61,092 bases of DNA, taken from contig JAWKRC010000007.1 in assembly GCA_041389825.1 (NCBI GenBank), positions 1 to 61,092 of the forward strand, in the 5' to 3' direction. Positions within the stretch are counted from its first letter, which is position 1. Each line of letters starts with the position of its first letter. Shown one piece after another: positions 57,435-61,092 of the stretch. The notes below the pieces were generated by a model that searched no databases, was not told where the DNA came from, and saw only the letters and a list, made by a program, of their open reading frames with translations. Source of the DNA: Polyangiales bacterium (GTDB taxonomy: Bacteria > Myxococcota_A > Polyangia > Polyangiales > Ga0077539). The translations under genes and the position numbers were made by a program.

Positions 57435-58075
57435 AGCTCTACAACTACTGGCGCAGCTCGGCCTCGTACCGCGTGCGCCTAGGCCTGCACCGCAAGGGCC
57501 TCGCGTACGAGTACGTGTCGGTGAACCTCCTCGCGGGCCCCGGCGAGCAGAAGAGCGACGGGTACGTCGCGATGAACCCGATGGCGCAGGTGCCGACGCT
57601 GGAGCTCACCGTCGACGGGCGCGTGCGGCACCTCACGCAGTCGCTCGCGATCCTCGAGGCGCTCGACGAGCTCTACCCCGAGCCCGCGCTCCTCCCGAAG
57701 GACCCGTACCTGCGCGCGAAGGCGCGGCAGCTCGCCGAGGTGGTGAACTCGGGCATCCAGCCGCTGCAGAACACCGAGACCCAGCGCTACGTGCGCGAGG
57801 AGCTCAAGGGCGACGCCAAGGCCTGGACGGCGCACTGGATCCGCAAGGGCCTCGCCGCGCTGGAGGTGATGTCGCGCGAGACCGCGGGGAAGTTCCTCGT
57901 GGGGGATGAGTTCACGCTCGCCGACGCGTGCCTCGTGCCGCAGATGTACGCCGCGCGGCGCTTCGGCGCCGACCCTGACGCCACGCCCACGCTCTCGGCC
58001 ATCGAAGAGCGCTGCCTCGCGCTACAGTTCGTGCAGGACGCGCACCCCGACCGTCAGCCCGACGCGGTGCGCTGA
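57431..58075 (+). CDS. maiA: maleylacetoacetate isomerase (GST zeta)
   Basis: VKLYNYWRSSASYRVRLGL..., the SSxSxRVR zeta-GST signature, ...NPMAQVPTL. The GTG overlaps the FAH stop. Confidence 0.85.
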   Translation: MKLYNYWRSSASYRVRLGLHRKGLAYEYVSVNLLAGPGEQKSDGYVAMNPMAQVPTLELTVDGRVRHLTQSLAILEALDELYPEPALLPKDPYLRAKARQLAEVVNSGIQPLQNTETQRYVREELKGDAKAWTAHWIRKGLAALEVMSRETAGKFLVGDEFTLADACLVPQMYAARRFGADPDATPTLSAIEERCLALQFVQDAHPDRQPDAVR

Positions 58076-58136
58076 GCCGACACTCCCACTCCCCCCACAC
58101 GGCGGCGGGCGACGTGACGCTCGCATGAGGCAAGCG

Positions 58137-59282
<1,146 letters not shown>

Positions 59283-59286
59283 CGCG

Positions 59287-60438
59287 ATGATCGAGCGCGT
59301 CGTCGAGGGAGAGGTCCCGCGCAAGCACCACATCCAGCTCCGCGGCCCCGACGGCGCGCTGCGCCACGAGGAGTGCGTCACCCGCGACGGCTTCGAGGGC
59401 CCGTACTCCATCGCGTACCACCTGCACCGCCCGCACGCGCAGCGCTTCGCCGAGGTCCCTCACGGCGCGCCCGCGCCCGAGGCCGCGCCGCCGCGACGTC
59501 TCGCCAAGCGCCACTACCTCACCCAGTCGCTCACGCCCGCGGGCGGCGCGCCCGTCGACGCGTGGAGGCCGCTCCTCTTCAACGACGACGTCACCGTGTC
59601 GGTGCTCCACCCGAGCGCCGAGGACCCGGTCTACGTCGTCAACGGCGACGCCGACACGCTCCTCTACGTCTTCAAGGGCGGCGGGGTCGTGCGGACCATG
59701 TTCGGCGACCTGCGCTTCAACCAGGACGACTACGTGTGCGTCCCGCGCGGGATGCTCCATCGCATCATCCCCGACGCGGGCGAGCAGTACTGGCTCGGGA
59801 TGGAGATGGCGGGCTCGCTGCACGTCCCGCGGCAATGGCGGAACGAGGTCGGCCAGCTACGGATGGACGCGCCGTACTGCCACCGTGACTTCCGTCGACC
59901 GACCTTCCGCGGGCCGCTGGACGAGGGCATCCGCGAGACGGTGGTGAAGCGCCAGGGCCGCTGGAGCGGCTTCACCCAGGAGCACTCGCCCCTCGACGTC
60001 GTGGGTTGGGACGGCACGGTCTACCCCTGGGCCTTCCCGATCCTGAACTTCCAGCCGCGCGCGGGGCTCGTTCACCTGCCGCCGACGTGGCACGGCACCT
60101 TCGCGTCGCGCGGGCTGTTGGTGTGCTCCTTCGTGCCGCGCGCGGTGGACTTTCACCCCGAGGCGATCCCCTGCCCGTACCCGCACGCGTCGAACGACTG
60201 CGACGAGATCCTCTTCTACGTCCGGGGGAACTTCACTTCCCGCCGCGGCGTGGGCCCGGGTAGCGTGTCGCATCACCCCATGGGCGTTCTCCACGGACCG
60301 CACCCTGGCGCCTACGAGGCCAGCATCGGCCACCGCGAGACCAACGAGCTCGCGGTGATGATGGACACCACCCGCCCGCTCACCCCCACCCTGGCGCTCA
60401 CGGTCGAAGACTCCGGCTACCAGGACAGCTTCGTGTAG
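59287..60438 (+). CDS. hmgA: homogentisate 1,2-dioxygenase
   Basis: 383-aa cupin-type HGO (..DGDADTLLYVFKGGG..FGDLRF..HHPMG..). Starts 5 nt after the hppD stop. Confidence 0.9.
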   Translation: MIERVVEGEVPRKHHIQLRGPDGALRHEECVTRDGFEGPYSIAYHLHRPHAQRFAEVPHGAPAPEAAPPRRLAKRHYLTQSLTPAGGAPVDAWRPLLFNDDVTVSVLHPSAEDPVYVVNGDADTLLYVFKGGGVVRTMFGDLRFNQDDYVCVPRGMLHRIIPDAGEQYWLGMEMAGSLHVPRQWRNEVGQLRMDAPYCHRDFRRPTFRGPLDEGIRETVVKRQGRWSGFTQEHSPLDVVGWDGTVYPWAFPILNFQPRAGLVHLPPTWHGTFASRGLLVCSFVPRAVDFHPEAIPCPYPHASNDCDEILFYVRGNFTSRRGVGPGSVSHHPMGVLHGPHPGAYEASIGHRETNELAVMMDTTRPLTPTLALTVEDSGYQDSFV

Positions 60439-60439
60439 G

Positions 60440-61092
60440 AGGGCCGTTGTTGCCTTCACCCGCACCGAGGTCGCGTTGCCCCTGGAGCTGAGCGCCGGCG
60501 CTCGCGTCGCGGGGCGCTTCGAGCTCGAAGCCCCCAACGGGGAGCTCGGCCTCGGAGAGGTGTGGTCGGCCACGGACCGCGGCGGCCCCCTCGGCGCGGT
60601 GAGCGTCTCGCGCCTCGGCGCGCCCTCGCCCGAGGGCCCCACCTCGCGCGTCGCCTTCGAAGAGACCGTCTCTCGACTGCGCGCGCTCAGCAACCCCGGC
60701 CTCGCCACGGTGCTCGCGGGCGGCGACCACGACGGCACGCTCTGGCTCGCCACCGAGCGCCTCGAGGGCCGCTCCCTCGCCAACTGGATCGAGGGCTGGC
60801 GCCAGATCGAGGCCCTGCCCACCTTCGGCGCCGTGCAGCGCATCGTCGACAAGCTCTGCACCACGCTCCAGTTCGCGCACGGCGCGAGCGGCGCGCCGAT
60901 GCTCCACCGCGGGCTCAACCCTCGCTCGGTGCTGCTCCGACGCACGGGGCCCGGGCCGCACCTCGTGAAGCTCGTCGACCTCGGCGTCGCGCCCTTCGCC
61001 TTCGCAGAAGGCGGCGCCTCGCGGCAGTGGGCGTGGATGGCCCCCGAACAGCTCCCTCAGCCCGCGATGCCCCCGCGCTGGAACGAGGGCCC
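60440..61092 (+). CDS. protein-kinase-like domain protein (likely pseudokinase), 5' start uncertain, 3' truncated by the window end
   Basis: Frame +1 relative to hmgA reads ...GRFELEAPNGELGLGEVWSATD...LWLATERLEGRSL...HRGLNPRSVLL...LVDLGVA...WMAPEQL. It has kinase subdomains but HRG replaces HRD and DLG replaces DFG. No unambiguous start codon was found. It may overlap the hmgA 3' end. Confidence 0.45.

Overview
This window is high-GC (~70%) bacterial chromosome with hallmarks of a myxobacterial (Myxococcota) genome: Cys-rich repeat lipoproteins, many FHA/Ser-Thr-kinase/PP2C signalling genes, a type IV pilus pilB-pilT-pilC-pilS block, and acidic low-complexity inserts. It is mostly housekeeping or core accessory in character, and no single undescribed system stands out.

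Gene order:
- dapB(partial)-dapA-GH57 branching-enzyme-like operon on the minus strand.
- FAD oxidoreductase plus GT2.
- A frameshifted TPR/FHA protein plus Ser/Thr kinase pair.
- pilB, pilT, pilC and a pilS-like histidine kinase.
- pgsA.
- An FHA-domain sigma-54 activator.
- An MprF-like membrane protein.
- An acidic/BNR protein, a family-4 UDG, an alpha/beta hydrolase, a PP2C phosphatase and a large PPC-domain lipoprotein.
- A Zn-ribbon-ParA plus RHH pair.
- dnaE.
- An unknown lipoprotein.
- A heavily frameshifted GT2 and asnB.
- nadC, birA, a hotdog thioesterase and a TAT-signal LigB-type dioxygenase.
- tRNA-Arg(CCT).
- bcp, a sulfatase, a VWA lipoprotein, an Flp-like protein and Cys-rich lipoproteins.
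- A TAT-Rieske lipoprotein, an alpha/beta hydrolase, a histidine phosphatase and hrpB.
- A small Lys-rich protein followed by a tandem palindromic repeat array.
- hflX, a DTW protein, a lipoprotein, an OmpA-like protein and a myxobacterial cysteine-rich-repeat protein.
- A complete tyrosine catabolism operon (FAH-maiA-hppD-hmgA).
- A partial pseudokinase-like gene.

The sequence carries many apparent single-base indels or frameshifts, concentrated in particular genes. These include the essential genes dnaE and pilB, which points to assembly or sequencing error in at least some cases. The most unusual features are:
- the 22-bp palindromic repeat array between two convergent genes;
- the Zn-ribbon-ParA/RHH module;
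- the pilS-like kinase paired with an FHA-type, not receiver-type, sigma-54 activator;
- an Flp-like/VWA/Cys-rich lipoprotein cluster.
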